Below, piece by piece: positions 9,264 through 17,374 of a DNA stretch of 64,000 nucleotides. Source of the DNA: Bacillales bacterium (GTDB taxonomy: Bacteria; Bacillota_I; Bacilli_A; RF39; UBA660); NCBI GenBank assembly GCA_016292035.1, contig JAEEZR010000044.1:7760-71759 (forward strand), in the 5' to 3' direction. A program made the translations under genes and the position numbers. The notes under the pieces were generated by a model. It ran no database searches. It was not told the DNA's origin and worked only from the letters and a program-made list of their open reading frames with translations. The first letter of the stretch is position 1. Each line of letters opens with the position of its first letter.

Positions 9264-9737
9264 ATGAAATGCATAGGTATACTATGGAATCCTATGAATA
9301 GTTTAAGAGAAGAGGCAATTGAGGATATAAAAAGGTATGCAACAATAGAAGATACTATATGCGTTGATTTGAAAGATAGATACTTAGACTTTTTAGAGGA
9401 TATATATCCCTTTGATGGAATACATAAAGATATACATATTTTTAAAGCGAGCACAATGATAGATAAATATGAATCAAATGAGATATGTATACTATTTTTA
9501 GAATTAGAGGACTCTGAAAAGGAGTTTTGTGATAGGAAACACACATATATTTATAGGAATGTCGAAAATATTAAGTCTTTTATTAGAAATAAATATAAGA
9601 ATAGAATAAAAGGATATTCTTTTGATAACGTTTTTCATATGACGGATGATAAAAACGAATACTTATATACACTAGGTGTTATATATAAATATGTTAAAGT
9701 TGAATCTTTAAAATTAAAGAAAAGAGGTGAATTATGA
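9264..9737 (+). CDS. Hypothetical protein, possibly NDP-kinase-like fold
   Basis: Start moved to ATG 9264 after GGAG. KSFIRNKY and NVFHMTDD loosely parallel the NDK TIRxxy and N.xHxSD motifs. Confidence 0.55.
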   Translation: MKCIGILWNPMNSLREEAIEDIKRYATIEDTICVDLKDRYLDFLEDIYPFDGIHKDIHIFKASTMIDKYESNEICILFLELEDSEKEFCDRKHTYIYRNVENIKSFIRNKYKNRIKGYSFDNVFHMTDDKNEYLYTLGVIYKYVKVESLKLKKRGEL

Positions 9738-10243
9738 GTTATATATTAGCGCAGGTCTTTGCTCTAGTAGCATGCATTTTTTATACAATTAGTATGCAGT
9801 GCAAAGACAGAAAGAATATTTTATTATTATTTATAATTGGTAATGTGATAGGTGCTCTTGGATTATTTTTATTAAAAGCTTATGCTGGATCATTAATTCA
9901 GGTGGTTTTTGGAATAGAGACATTTATAAATTACATATTAGAAGTAAAAGGAAAGAAGAACAAGCCTTTTCTAGTAGCAATATATATAATGTTATCTGTT
10001 ATTATATCAATAATAACATTTAAAGGTCTTATAGACTTGCTACCACTTGTATGTGCATTATTACATACTATCACTATTATTCAAGAAAAAGAAAGAAATA
10101 TAAGATATACTAATTTAGCTAGTTTGGTGTTATGGATTCCATATTACATTATTTTTGCTGCGTGGGCTAATTTAGCTAGCACATTATGTATAATAGTTTC
10201 TAATATTATTTCTATAGTAAGATATGATATAAATAAAAGATAG
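9734..10243 (+). CDS. YgjV-family inner membrane protein
   Basis: Hydrophobic 169 aa with AQVFALVA...SMQCKDRK...IRYTNL...LWIPY pattern. ATGA overlap with the previous gene. Confidence 0.75.
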   Translation: MSYILAQVFALVACIFYTISMQCKDRKNILLLFIIGNVIGALGLFLLKAYAGSLIQVVFGIETFINYILEVKGKKNKPFLVAIYIMLSVIISIITFKGLIDLLPLVCALLHTITIIQEKERNIRYTNLASLVLWIPYYIIFAAWANLASTLCIIVSNIISIVRYDINKR

Positions 10244-10263
10244 TTTTGGGCTATCTTTTTTAT

Positions 10264-10292
10264 TTGACATATACTACCGATATCGGTATAAT
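10264..10292 (+). promoter_or_regulatory. Consensus sigma-A promoter with a palindromic operator in the spacer
   Basis: TTGACA (10264-10269), 17 bp, TATAAT (10287-10292). Perfect palindrome TACCGATATCGGTA at 10275-10288. Confidence 0.85.
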
Positions 10293-10311
10293 ACACTTAG
10301 AGGTGATAGGC

Positions 10312-11235
10312 ATGGAATATATGACTACTAAAGAAGCTACATTAAAATGGGGAATTAGTGAGAGAAGAATAAGACAGCTACTTAAAGAAGGTAGAATAGA
10401 AGGTGCTACTTTAGTAGGACATTCTTGGAATATTCCTACTACTGCTAATAAACCTATTGATAAAAGAAATATTAAGCTAGATGATTTTATTATTAATTTA
10501 AGCAACGATTATTTTAATGAAGTTGATAAATTAAAAAACGAATTAGATAGGAAAAGACCATTATCTAAAGATGCCATAGCTTCATTAATTGATGCTATTA
10601 ACTTAGAGTGGACTTATAATAGTAATGCTATTGAAGGAAACACTTTAACTCTTAGAGAAACACAAGTAGTACTAGAAGGTATAACAGTAGGTGGTAAAAC
10701 TTTAAGAGAACATTTTGAGGCTATTAATCATGCTGAAGCCATTTTATTCTTAAATGAACTTGTTGGTGATGATAATCCTATTAGTGAGTGGAATATCAAG
10801 AATATACATGGATTAGTTTTAAAAGAAATAGATAATAAGAATGCAGGTGCTTATAGAACTATTAATGTTAGTATAAAGGGTGCTAAACACACTCCTCCAG
10901 AGAGTGTGTTAGTTCCTGAGTTAATGGAAAAATTAATTATTAACTATAATAGTTGGAAGAAGTATCATCCTATTGTAAGAGCTGCTCTTCTTCATGGGGA
11001 ACTTGTTAAGATTCATCCATTTGTAGATGGTAATGGTAGAACTTCTAGATTAGTTATGAACTTATCTTTAATGAACAATGGATATGTTCCAGTTATTATT
11101 AAAAACAAAAATAAACTAGATTATTATAATGCTTTAGATAAAGCTCATACTACTGGAGATTATACTGACTTTATTAAAATAATAAATGAATTAGAAACAG
11201 AAATGCTTAATAAGTATTTAAGAGTGGTAAAATAA
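10312..11235 (+). CDS. Fic-domain protein with N-terminal excisionase-like HTH
   Basis: HPFVDGNGRTSR Fic motif, SNAIEGN inhibitory helix, YMTTKEA..KWGISERRIRQL HTH. Start moved to ATG 10312 after GAGGTG. Confidence 0.9.
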   Translation: MEYMTTKEATLKWGISERRIRQLLKEGRIEGATLVGHSWNIPTTANKPIDKRNIKLDDFIINLSNDYFNEVDKLKNELDRKRPLSKDAIASLIDAINLEWTYNSNAIEGNTLTLRETQVVLEGITVGGKTLREHFEAINHAEAILFLNELVGDDNPISEWNIKNIHGLVLKEIDNKNAGAYRTINVSIKGAKHTPPESVLVPELMEKLIINYNSWKKYHPIVRAALLHGELVKIHPFVDGNGRTSRLVMNLSLMNNGYVPVIIKNKNKLDYYNALDKAHTTGDYTDFIKIINELETEMLNKYLRVVK

Positions 11236-11237
11236 TA

Positions 11238-11277
11238 AAAAAACACAAAATAATATTTGCATTATTTTGTGTTTTTT
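11238..11277. terminator. Bidirectional intrinsic terminator overlapping a downstream promoter
   Basis: AAAAAACACAAAATAAT / ATTATTTTGTGTTTTTT inverted repeat. Confidence 0.75.
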
Positions 11278-11285
11278 GCTATAAT
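11257..11285 (+). promoter_or_regulatory. Predicted sigma-A promoter
   Basis: TTGCAT (11257-11262), 17 bp, TATAAT (11280-11285). Confidence 0.6.
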
Positions 11286-11472
11286 TCGAGGTGAAGTAGA
11301 AGAGTAGTATTTTACTTCAAAAAAAAGGCCAATCTTTTCGGCAAAAAAGAAAGGCAAATATGAGTTGTGCAAACTTTTACAAAAGCACAAGAACAAAGCA
11401 ATAAGTTTATTACATTAACCTATTACATTTTAATTATATAATAAATTCGAATTCTATTCAATAGGTTTTTGT

Positions 11473-11507
11473 AAGATTGCATTTGTTTACGTATTGCAAT
11501 CTTTTTT
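11473..11507 (+). terminator. Terminator-like hairpin upstream of the small basic ORF
   Basis: AAGATTGCA (11473-11481), 13-nt loop, TGCAATCTT (11495-11503), then a T-run to 11507. Confidence 0.5.
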
Positions 11508-11545
11508 CAATTGAAGAAATATAAGGCAGATAAGGAGATGATGTC

Positions 11546-11671
11546 ATGGCGAATAAAATAAGATCGTCTAAGGGAGTAGCTAGGAAAGCTAGCAAGACTC
11601 TTAAAAGTAAAAAAACCTCTAAGACAAGCAAATCTTTAGCAGGTAGTGTATTAAGCAATAGAAGAAAGTGA
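11546..11671 (+). CDS. Small basic protein, 41 aa (MANKIRSSKGVARKASKTLKSKKTSKTSKSLAGSVLSNRRK); absent from the ORF track
   Basis: AAGGAG RBS upstream and an open frame to TGA 11669-11671. Resembles small Lys/Ser-rich A..AS..L....SK..KS.AGS.L peptides recalled from mobile elements. Confidence 0.75.
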   Translation: MANKIRSSKGVARKASKTLKSKKTSKTSKSLAGSVLSNRRK

Positions 11672-11682
11672 GGAATGAAAAT

Positions 11683-12453
11683 ATGGAAATTAATCTTAAT
11701 GATAATGTAAAGGAAATTGCTCCTAAAATATACGATGACGGTGTTAAATCGGCAGTAAAGGAGGTTGGAATAACTTTGTCAGTTATTCCTAAAACTATTA
11801 ATGCAGCTTTGGTTCCGTTAAGAAAGTGGATTGTTGAAAAGGAATATAGTTTTAAGGAAACAGAAGCACTGTTAGCAAAAAAGTTGGAAAAAGTAAAAGT
11901 TGAAAATATAGTCGAGCCAGAAGCTTATATTGCTGTTCCAGCAATGGAGTCATTGTCATATTGCATGAATAATGATGAGTTGAGAAATCTTTATGCTAAC
12001 TTATTAGCAAATTCCATGAATAAGGAAACTAAAGGAAAAGTTCACCCGTCATTTGTAACTATAATAAAGCAAATGTCGCCTAATGATGCTATTATATTTA
12101 AGATAATATGTGAAGCTAAAATAAGGCCTTTAATAACTTTATTTTTCAAATATAATGACAATCATGGTCAGAACGATCATTTATATAATATTAGTTGGAT
12201 TAGTAATATTGATTATGAAAGTGTTTCTGTTTCGATTGATAATTTGATAAGGATGGGTTTGTTAAAGGTGCCTGAAGATAAGCACTATATGGATGATAGT
12301 AATTATAGTGCTGTTAGGAGTAATCCAGAATATCTTAAATATTGTAGTAAATATGCAAATGCTAATGTTGGTACAGTGTCTGAGGATAAGCAGATTATAA
12401 TAGTAACTGACTTGGGAGAGTTATTTTACAAAATCTGTGTGAAGGATGAATAA
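11683..12453 (+). CDS. DUF4393 / Abi-alpha family protein
   Basis: EP...IAVPAMESLSY...ELRNLYANLLANSM...VHPSFVTIIKQMSP.DA family pattern. Start moved to ATG 11683. Confidence 0.8.
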   Translation: MEINLNDNVKEIAPKIYDDGVKSAVKEVGITLSVIPKTINAALVPLRKWIVEKEYSFKETEALLAKKLEKVKVENIVEPEAYIAVPAMESLSYCMNNDELRNLYANLLANSMNKETKGKVHPSFVTIIKQMSPNDAIIFKIICEAKIRPLITLFFKYNDNHGQNDHLYNISWISNIDYESVSVSIDNLIRMGLLKVPEDKHYMDDSNYSAVRSNPEYLKYCSKYANANVGTVSEDKQIIIVTDLGELFYKICVKDE

Positions 12454-12467
12454 ATGTAAATAGATTA

Positions 12468-12499
12468 AAAAAACTACACGAGTAATCGTGCAGTTTTTT
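12468..12499. terminator. Bidirectional intrinsic terminator
   Basis: AAAAAACT-A-CACGA-GTAA-TCGTG-C-AGTTTTTT. Confidence 0.7.
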
Positions 12500-12576
12500 G
12501 ATTTAGAAATAGATATATAAGTAAATTGATTTAGTATATAAGTTAAGATATAATTAATTTGAGGTGCATTAGTGCT

Positions 12577-12873
12577 ATGAAGAATTTATTTAATGGAATA
12601 AAGAAAATATTTTTTGGATTTTTATTACTTATGGGATCTTTTATAATAGCTATGGAAATATTTAAATTAGTTATTGGTTTATTTATGTGCGGACCATTTA
12701 TGGTAGTGGGCGGTTCTGGAACAGGGCCATCTGATATATATGTTTCTTGCACTAGAATAGGTGATACTGATATAGTCACTGAAATTATAATAGGAGCTAT
12801 ATTATTTATACCTGGATTCTTAGGTTTAAAGAAGGATATAATTGATTTTATAAATAAGAAGTCAAATAAATAA
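12577..12873 (+). CDS. Small membrane protein (2 TM), hypothetical
   Basis: ATG 12577 after GAGGTG; two hydrophobic segments. Confidence 0.65.
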   Translation: MKNLFNGIKKIFFGFLLLMGSFIIAMEIFKLVIGLFMCGPFMVVGGSGTGPSDIYVSCTRIGDTDIVTEIIIGAILFIPGFLGLKKDIIDFINKKSNK

Positions 12874-12897
12874 AAAAGACACATAAGTGTCTTTTTT
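12872..12897. terminator. Bidirectional terminator between convergent genes
   Basis: AAAAAAGACAC-ATAA-GTGTCTTTTTT. Confidence 0.85.
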
Positions 12898-13676
12898 TAT
12901 GATCCCGCACCAGTGTAGTGCTTTAGTCCAATTTTAAATGACAATAAGCATGGTATTAAGAATACAAATACCATTAGTGGTGATAACATATATAGGATGT
13001 TGTTTGTTCTTCCTATGAAGAATAATAGAGGATAATAATTTATAAATGCGTATGGAATTATAAACGTGAATACAAATACTATACCTTTTTTATATATAGA
13101 TATAGGATACTGAGCCATGTGTTTACCTCCGTCTGTGAAGAGGTTTTTTACTTCTAGGCCTTGCACTGTTATAAAACAGTATGAAGCTGTTAATACAAAT
13201 ATTCCAAAGAATATCAGAGTAGAAGATATTAACATTAATAAGAGTACTATTACTTTTGTTATAGACCAGCTTATGTTTAGTTTTATTAGTGCTATTACTA
13301 GTATTATTATAGCTTGAAGTAATCTAAAAATTTTTATTAGATGCATTTTTTGGCACATTGTTTGAAATAGTATTCCTCTTGGTCTTACTAAGAATCTATC
13401 TAGTGAGCCATCTATTACTAAGTCTTCAAATCTATCTATACCTCTAAAAAATGTTTCATTAAATGCAAATCCAAATTGTATTATAGAGAAGCATAGTAGT
13501 ATTTCATAAACATTAAATCCTTTTATATTATTAAACTTATTAAATAGGGCTACTATAGTGAAATAGTAAGTAAAGAATACAAAGAATTGACTTATTGAAT
13601 TCATTATAAATGAAGCTTTATATTCTATTTCATTTTTTATACTTAGTTTTAAGCTTTCAATAAATAATTTAACCAC
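12897..13676 (-). CDS. ABC-2 family exporter permease (DUF990 type)
   Basis: EY+ASF, G.LDRFLVRP and YPISIY motifs; six hydrophobic segments. Confidence 0.88.
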   Translation of the reverse strand: MVKLFIESLKLSIKNEIEYKASFIMNSISQFFVFFTYYFTIVALFNKFNNIKGFNVYEILLCFSIIQFGFAFNETFFRGIDRFEDLVIDGSLDRFLVRPRGILFQTMCQKMHLIKIFRLLQAIIILVIALIKLNISWSITKVIVLLLMLISSTLIFFGIFVLTASYCFITVQGLEVKNLFTDGGKHMAQYPISIYKKGIVFVFTFIIPYAFINYYPLLFFIGRTNNILYMLSPLMVFVFLIPCLLSFKIGLKHYTGAGS

Positions 13677-14475
13677 CTTGTATCACCGCCTTTTTTAGAG
13701 CTTTTTTTGATAAAAGTAGTCCAATTAATATTGTTATTATTACCCAAGCTAAACTAAGTAGTAGAAGAGGTAATCCTTCTTTTAGAGGTATATCATTAGA
13801 GTATACTCTGTAAGGGAAGTCACTCATAAATCTAAAAGGAAGAAAGTTTCCTATAGTTATTAGTATTTTTGGTAAGAATGGTAAAGGTACAATTGAGCCC
13901 ATGAAAAGTTCTGCTACTACCATATACATACTTTGAATACCAGAAGCATCTATAGTAAACATGGCTACTATGTGCATTAGTAGAGCTAGTGATATTACTA
14001 ATAGTGAAGATAGAAATAGGGCTAATAAGAATACTATAAAGTTACCTAGCGAGTAAGGCATAGCCATTTTATATGGATGAGGTAAAACAAATGCTAATAC
14101 AATGATTGGTAGAAATCTTAACATGGTAGATACATATCTACTAGCTAAAAATTTTATATAGAATTTAAAGTAGAAGTTTTGAGGCCTTACTAGTTCATAA
14201 GCAAGATTTCCATTTTTTATCATATTAGTTAGTTCTATATTCTTAGAAAAAGGGAAAGTCATTGCAAAGAATGCTTGACCAAGCCAAAGGTATGTAATTA
14301 AGTTTTGCATATCCATTGGAGCATTTACTCCTTTATTAGATTCATAAAGTGCTAGGTATACCATTACATATACTAGTCCAAAAAATATTTGAGTAGTTAT
14401 TCCTGCTAGGGCTGCTGCTCTATATTGAAGATTAGTTATAAGGCTTAATTTAAAGTAATTTAAATATGATCTCAT
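13669..14475 (-). CDS. ABC-2 family exporter permease (DUF990 type)
   Basis: LQYRAAALAG, IKNGNLAYELVRP, GSIVPLPFLP; overlaps both neighbours. Confidence 0.88.
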   Translation of the reverse strand: MRSYLNYFKLSLITNLQYRAAALAGITTQIFFGLVYVMVYLALYESNKGVNAPMDMQNLITYLWLGQAFFAMTFPFSKNIELTNMIKNGNLAYELVRPQNFYFKFYIKFLASRYVSTMLRFLPIIVLAFVLPHPYKMAMPYSLGNFIVFLLALFLSSLLVISLALLMHIVAMFTIDASGIQSMYMVVAELFMGSIVPLPFLPKILITIGNFLPFRFMSDFPYRVYSNDIPLKEGLPLLLLSLAWVIITILIGLLLSKKALKKAVIQGG

Positions 14476-15455
14476 ATTTCATAATCTTGGTATAGTTTTA
14501 ATACAACATCATCAATATTCTCATTATCTACATCAATATCTATAATAGAGTATTTTGTAGATAAGTTATTAATAAATTTAGATATTGTAAGTACATTAGA
14601 GTCTATTATAAAACTATATCCACCATCAATTTTCTTTTTACTAATAAGACCTTTAACTTTAATATCTTTAATAGTATCTTTTGTTATTAATGTTATTTTT
14701 TTATAGCTTCCATATTTTTGCTTTAAGTCACTTAGTGATCCGTCATATAAGATTTGACCTTTACCGATAAGTATTATTCTTTTAGCAAGTTTATCGATAT
14801 CAGTCATGTCATGAGTAGTTAGCATGATTGTAACTTTTTTCTCTTTATTTATTTTTAGAATAAAGTCTCTAACTATCTTTTTACTCTTAGCATCAAGTCC
14901 AATTGTTGGTTCATCTAAAAATAGTATTTTAGGGTTATGTAGTAAGCTTGCAACTATCTCACATCTCATACGTTGCCCAAGGCTTAGTGATCTAACAGGT
15001 TTTTTAATAACGTCCTTTAAGTCTAGTAGGTTTATTAATTCCTCTTTTGTCTTTTGATATTCATTTTCTTCGATATTATAAATATCCCTTAACAAATCAA
15101 AAGTATCCTCCGCAGGTATATCCCAGGCAAGTTGACTTCTTTGCCCGAATACAACACCTATATTAGAAACATATTTCTTTCTATCAGTAAACGGATTCAT
15201 ATTGTTTACTTTAATGTTTCCAGCGGTTGGCAATAAAATTCCACATAGCATTTTTATTGTAGTACTTTTTCCAGCGCCATTAGGTCCAATATAACCAACA
15301 ATTTCACCTTTTTCAATAGTGAATGATACATTCTTAACTGCATCTATGTATGTATATTCTTTATTGAAAAATGACTTTAAAGCTGCTCTAAGACCACTAT
15401 TTCTTTTTGCAACTTTAAAGGTTTTGCTTATGCCATCAACAGTGATGTATGACAT
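14472..15455 (-). CDS. ABC exporter ATP-binding subunit (DrrA/NatA-like)
   Basis: Walker A GPNGAGKST, signature LSLGQ, Walker B LFLDE. Start moved to ATG 15455 after AAGGAG. Confidence 0.92.
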   Translation of the reverse strand: MSYITVDGISKTFKVAKRNSGLRAALKSFFNKEYTYIDAVKNVSFTIEKGEIVGYIGPNGAGKSTTIKMLCGILLPTAGNIKVNNMNPFTDRKKYVSNIGVVFGQRSQLAWDIPAEDTFDLLRDIYNIEENEYQKTKEELINLLDLKDVIKKPVRSLSLGQRMRCEIVASLLHNPKILFLDEPTIGLDAKSKKIVRDFILKINKEKKVTIMLTTHDMTDIDKLAKRIILIGKGQILYDGSLSDLKQKYGSYKKITLITKDTIKDIKVKGLISKKKIDGGYSFIIDSNVLTISKFINNLSTKYSIIDIDVDNENIDDVVLKLYQDYEI

Positions 15456-15467
15456 TTTCACTCCTTT

Positions 15468-15545
15468 CTTACAAGCAAAAAACCACACGTGTGATTTTTC
15501 CGAATGAGTAAAAAAATCCTTAACGTGCGTTTACGCGCTTGCAAG
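15468..15545 (-). promoter_or_regulatory. Structured 5' leader with mutually exclusive terminator and antiterminator (candidate attenuator)
   Basis: Terminator AAAAAUCAC-ACGU-GUGGUUUUU (15499-15477). Competing pairings GAUUUUU/AAAAAUC and CACGU/ACGUG. Closing stem CUUGCAAGC/GCUUGUAAG. Confidence 0.65.
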
Positions 15546-15549
15546 TCTC

Positions 15550-15578
15550 ATTATAGCAAATGTTTTTTTATGTGTAAA
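15550..15578 (-). promoter_or_regulatory. sigma-A promoter of the ABC operon
   Basis: Minus strand TTTACA (15578-15573), 17 bp, TATAAT (15555-15550). Confidence 0.75.
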
Positions 15579-15615
15579 TATTTTTTTCATGATATAATGA
15601 AAATGGAGGATATAT

Positions 15616-16653
15616 ATGAATAATAGTGTTACTAAGAAGAGATTAATGTCTTATGATTTAATGAGAATAATAGCTATGTTTGCTGTTATTATAATACATG
15701 TTAGTGCAGAGAATTGGTATGTTACTAATATTGATAAAAACTTTTTAACAAATAATTTTATTAATGGTTTAGTTCATCCTTGGGCAGTGCCAATATTTAT
15801 TGCTATTAGTGGGGCACTTTTACTTAAAAAGGATATAGATTATAAAACTATATTTAAAAAGTATATTCCTAAGTTTTTAATTTGTTTAGTAGTATGGCAT
15901 TTTATATATTATTTTTATACTAGTCCTACATTTAGTGTTAATAGTTTTATTAGATGTACTTTAGAGTTAATTAAAGGTAATTCTTATTCTCATTTATGGT
16001 ATGTATATTTTATGTTAGGTCTTTATGTAGCACTTCCATTTATTAGTAGATTAGTTAAATCATTAGATAAGAAGTATTTATTAATTCTTATATTAATATC
16101 TATTATAGTAGGAATAGTTATACCTAATATACAAGCATTTACTACTAGAGACTTATATTCTTATACTAAGCATTATATGTTATTTAAGTTTGATAAGTTC
16201 TTTGCTTATTTATTAATTGGTTATTATTTAAGTATTTATAAGATTAAGAATAATAAAGTTATTATAGGTACTTCTATAGTAGGAGTTATTTTACTTGTTT
16301 TAAATGCACTTTTGGGAAATAGTGCATCACTTGCATTAAATGCTCCTAAGACATATGCAGATACTTATAGTATAGTAGCTCTTCCTGTTGTAATATCTAT
16401 TATATCTATAATATATAAATTAACTGATAATAAAGAATCTAAGTTTATTAATACTTTAGGAGAATTAACTTTTGGTACATATTTAGTTCACTTCTTAGTT
16501 ATTAAAATACTTACTAGTAATGGTATTCATGGTAATATTATTAACCCAGTATTTGGGGTAATACTTGTTAGTTTATTAGTATTTATTTGTTCATATATTA
16601 TATCTTATATTATTTCTAAAATACCTGTTGTTAAGAAAATAATAGGAATATAA
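15616..16653 (+). CDS. Acyltransferase family 3 (membrane O-acyltransferase, WecH/YiaH-like)
   Basis: DLMRIIAMFAVIIIH, AVPIFIAISG, HLWYVY, TFGTYLVH; about 10 TM. Confidence 0.88.
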   Translation: MNNSVTKKRLMSYDLMRIIAMFAVIIIHVSAENWYVTNIDKNFLTNNFINGLVHPWAVPIFIAISGALLLKKDIDYKTIFKKYIPKFLICLVVWHFIYYFYTSPTFSVNSFIRCTLELIKGNSYSHLWYVYFMLGLYVALPFISRLVKSLDKKYLLILILISIIVGIVIPNIQAFTTRDLYSYTKHYMLFKFDKFFAYLLIGYYLSIYKIKNNKVIIGTSIVGVILLVLNALLGNSASLALNAPKTYADTYSIVALPVVISIISIIYKLTDNKESKFINTLGELTFGTYLVHFLVIKILTSNGIHGNIINPVFGVILVSLLVFICSYIISYIISKIPVVKKIIGI

Positions 16654-16677
16654 AAAGAAGACTTATGTCTTCTTTTT
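16652..16677. terminator. Bidirectional terminator
   Basis: AAAAAGAAGAC-TTAT-GTCTTCTTTTT between convergent genes. Confidence 0.85.
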
Positions 16678-16692
16678 TTATAATTTCATTCT

Positions 16693-17238
16693 TTATTTAT
16701 TGCCTCTATGTCTTTTTGCTAGTTTTCTTTTTAATTCTTCTAGTTCTTCTTTTGCATATTTTTCTTGATGAACTCTTTTCAATTCTCTTTGATATCCTTC
16801 TTTTATAGCTTTTTCTAGTGTGTTTAATCTTTTACTATATCTTCTTATGTCACCTTTTCTTAAACTTCTTAATTTTTCTACTACTTCTAGATCAGATAAT
16901 TGTACTGCTTTTATAAAATAAAGAGTTTCATGATAATATTTAGTATCAAGTTCTCCAACTTCTTTATAGCTTATTATTTTTTCTCTGCAGCTTATTTTTT
17001 TACCTGTTACTAAGTCTATAAGATCATAACCATCGTCTTCACATATAATAGGGAAGTTTTCTAGTGAGCTGCTTCCTTTTCTAACACTAGTTAGTTCAAT
17101 GTATTCCTTATCATCTATATTTTCTTTTTTAATTAAATTCTTTGAATCGATTAGCTTTGCTGTTTCTGTATCATGGTCATACCATTCAATATCATGATAC
17201 TTCATTGCATTAGCTATATTTACGTACCAGTAAGCCAT
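16693..17238 (-). CDS. Hypothetical protein with basic coiled-coil C-terminus
   Basis: 181-aa ORF with AAGGAGG RBS and a terminator; no recognised family. Confidence 0.7.
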   Translation of the reverse strand: MAYWYVNIANAMKYHDIEWYDHDTETAKLIDSKNLIKKENIDDKEYIELTSVRKGSSSLENFPIICEDDGYDLIDLVTGKKISCREKIISYKEVGELDTKYYHETLYFIKAVQLSDLEVVEKLRSLRKGDIRRYSKRLNTLEKAIKEGYQRELKRVHQEKYAKEELEELKRKLAKRHRGNK

Positions 17239-17374
17239 TTTGTACCTCCTTTAAATTGGCTTCTATGATAAGATATAAACGCCATTTTGTCAATAATTTC
17301 GTGTATTAATAAATAAGCATGAATGCTTATTTTTTCTTTTTGTGTTATAATAATTTTAGAATAGGAAGGTATAT

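Noticed and set aside
3156-10243. metK and the radical SAM operon as one transcriptional system
   Set aside because: They are separated by a Sel1 gene and a strong terminator (5507-5536), and metK has its own riboswitch. Proximity alone is insufficient.
11330-11400. GGCAAA motifs as a c-di-GMP-I (GEMM) riboswitch
   Set aside because: The GAAA-capped P1 and the GGNCGCAAAGC junction are missing.
17311-17332. Inverted repeat AAATAAGCAT-GA-ATGCTTATTT in a divergent promoter region as an operator
   Set aside because: Its form and T-tract match this genome's terminators, and no regulator gene is nearby. It cannot be separated from an orphan terminator.
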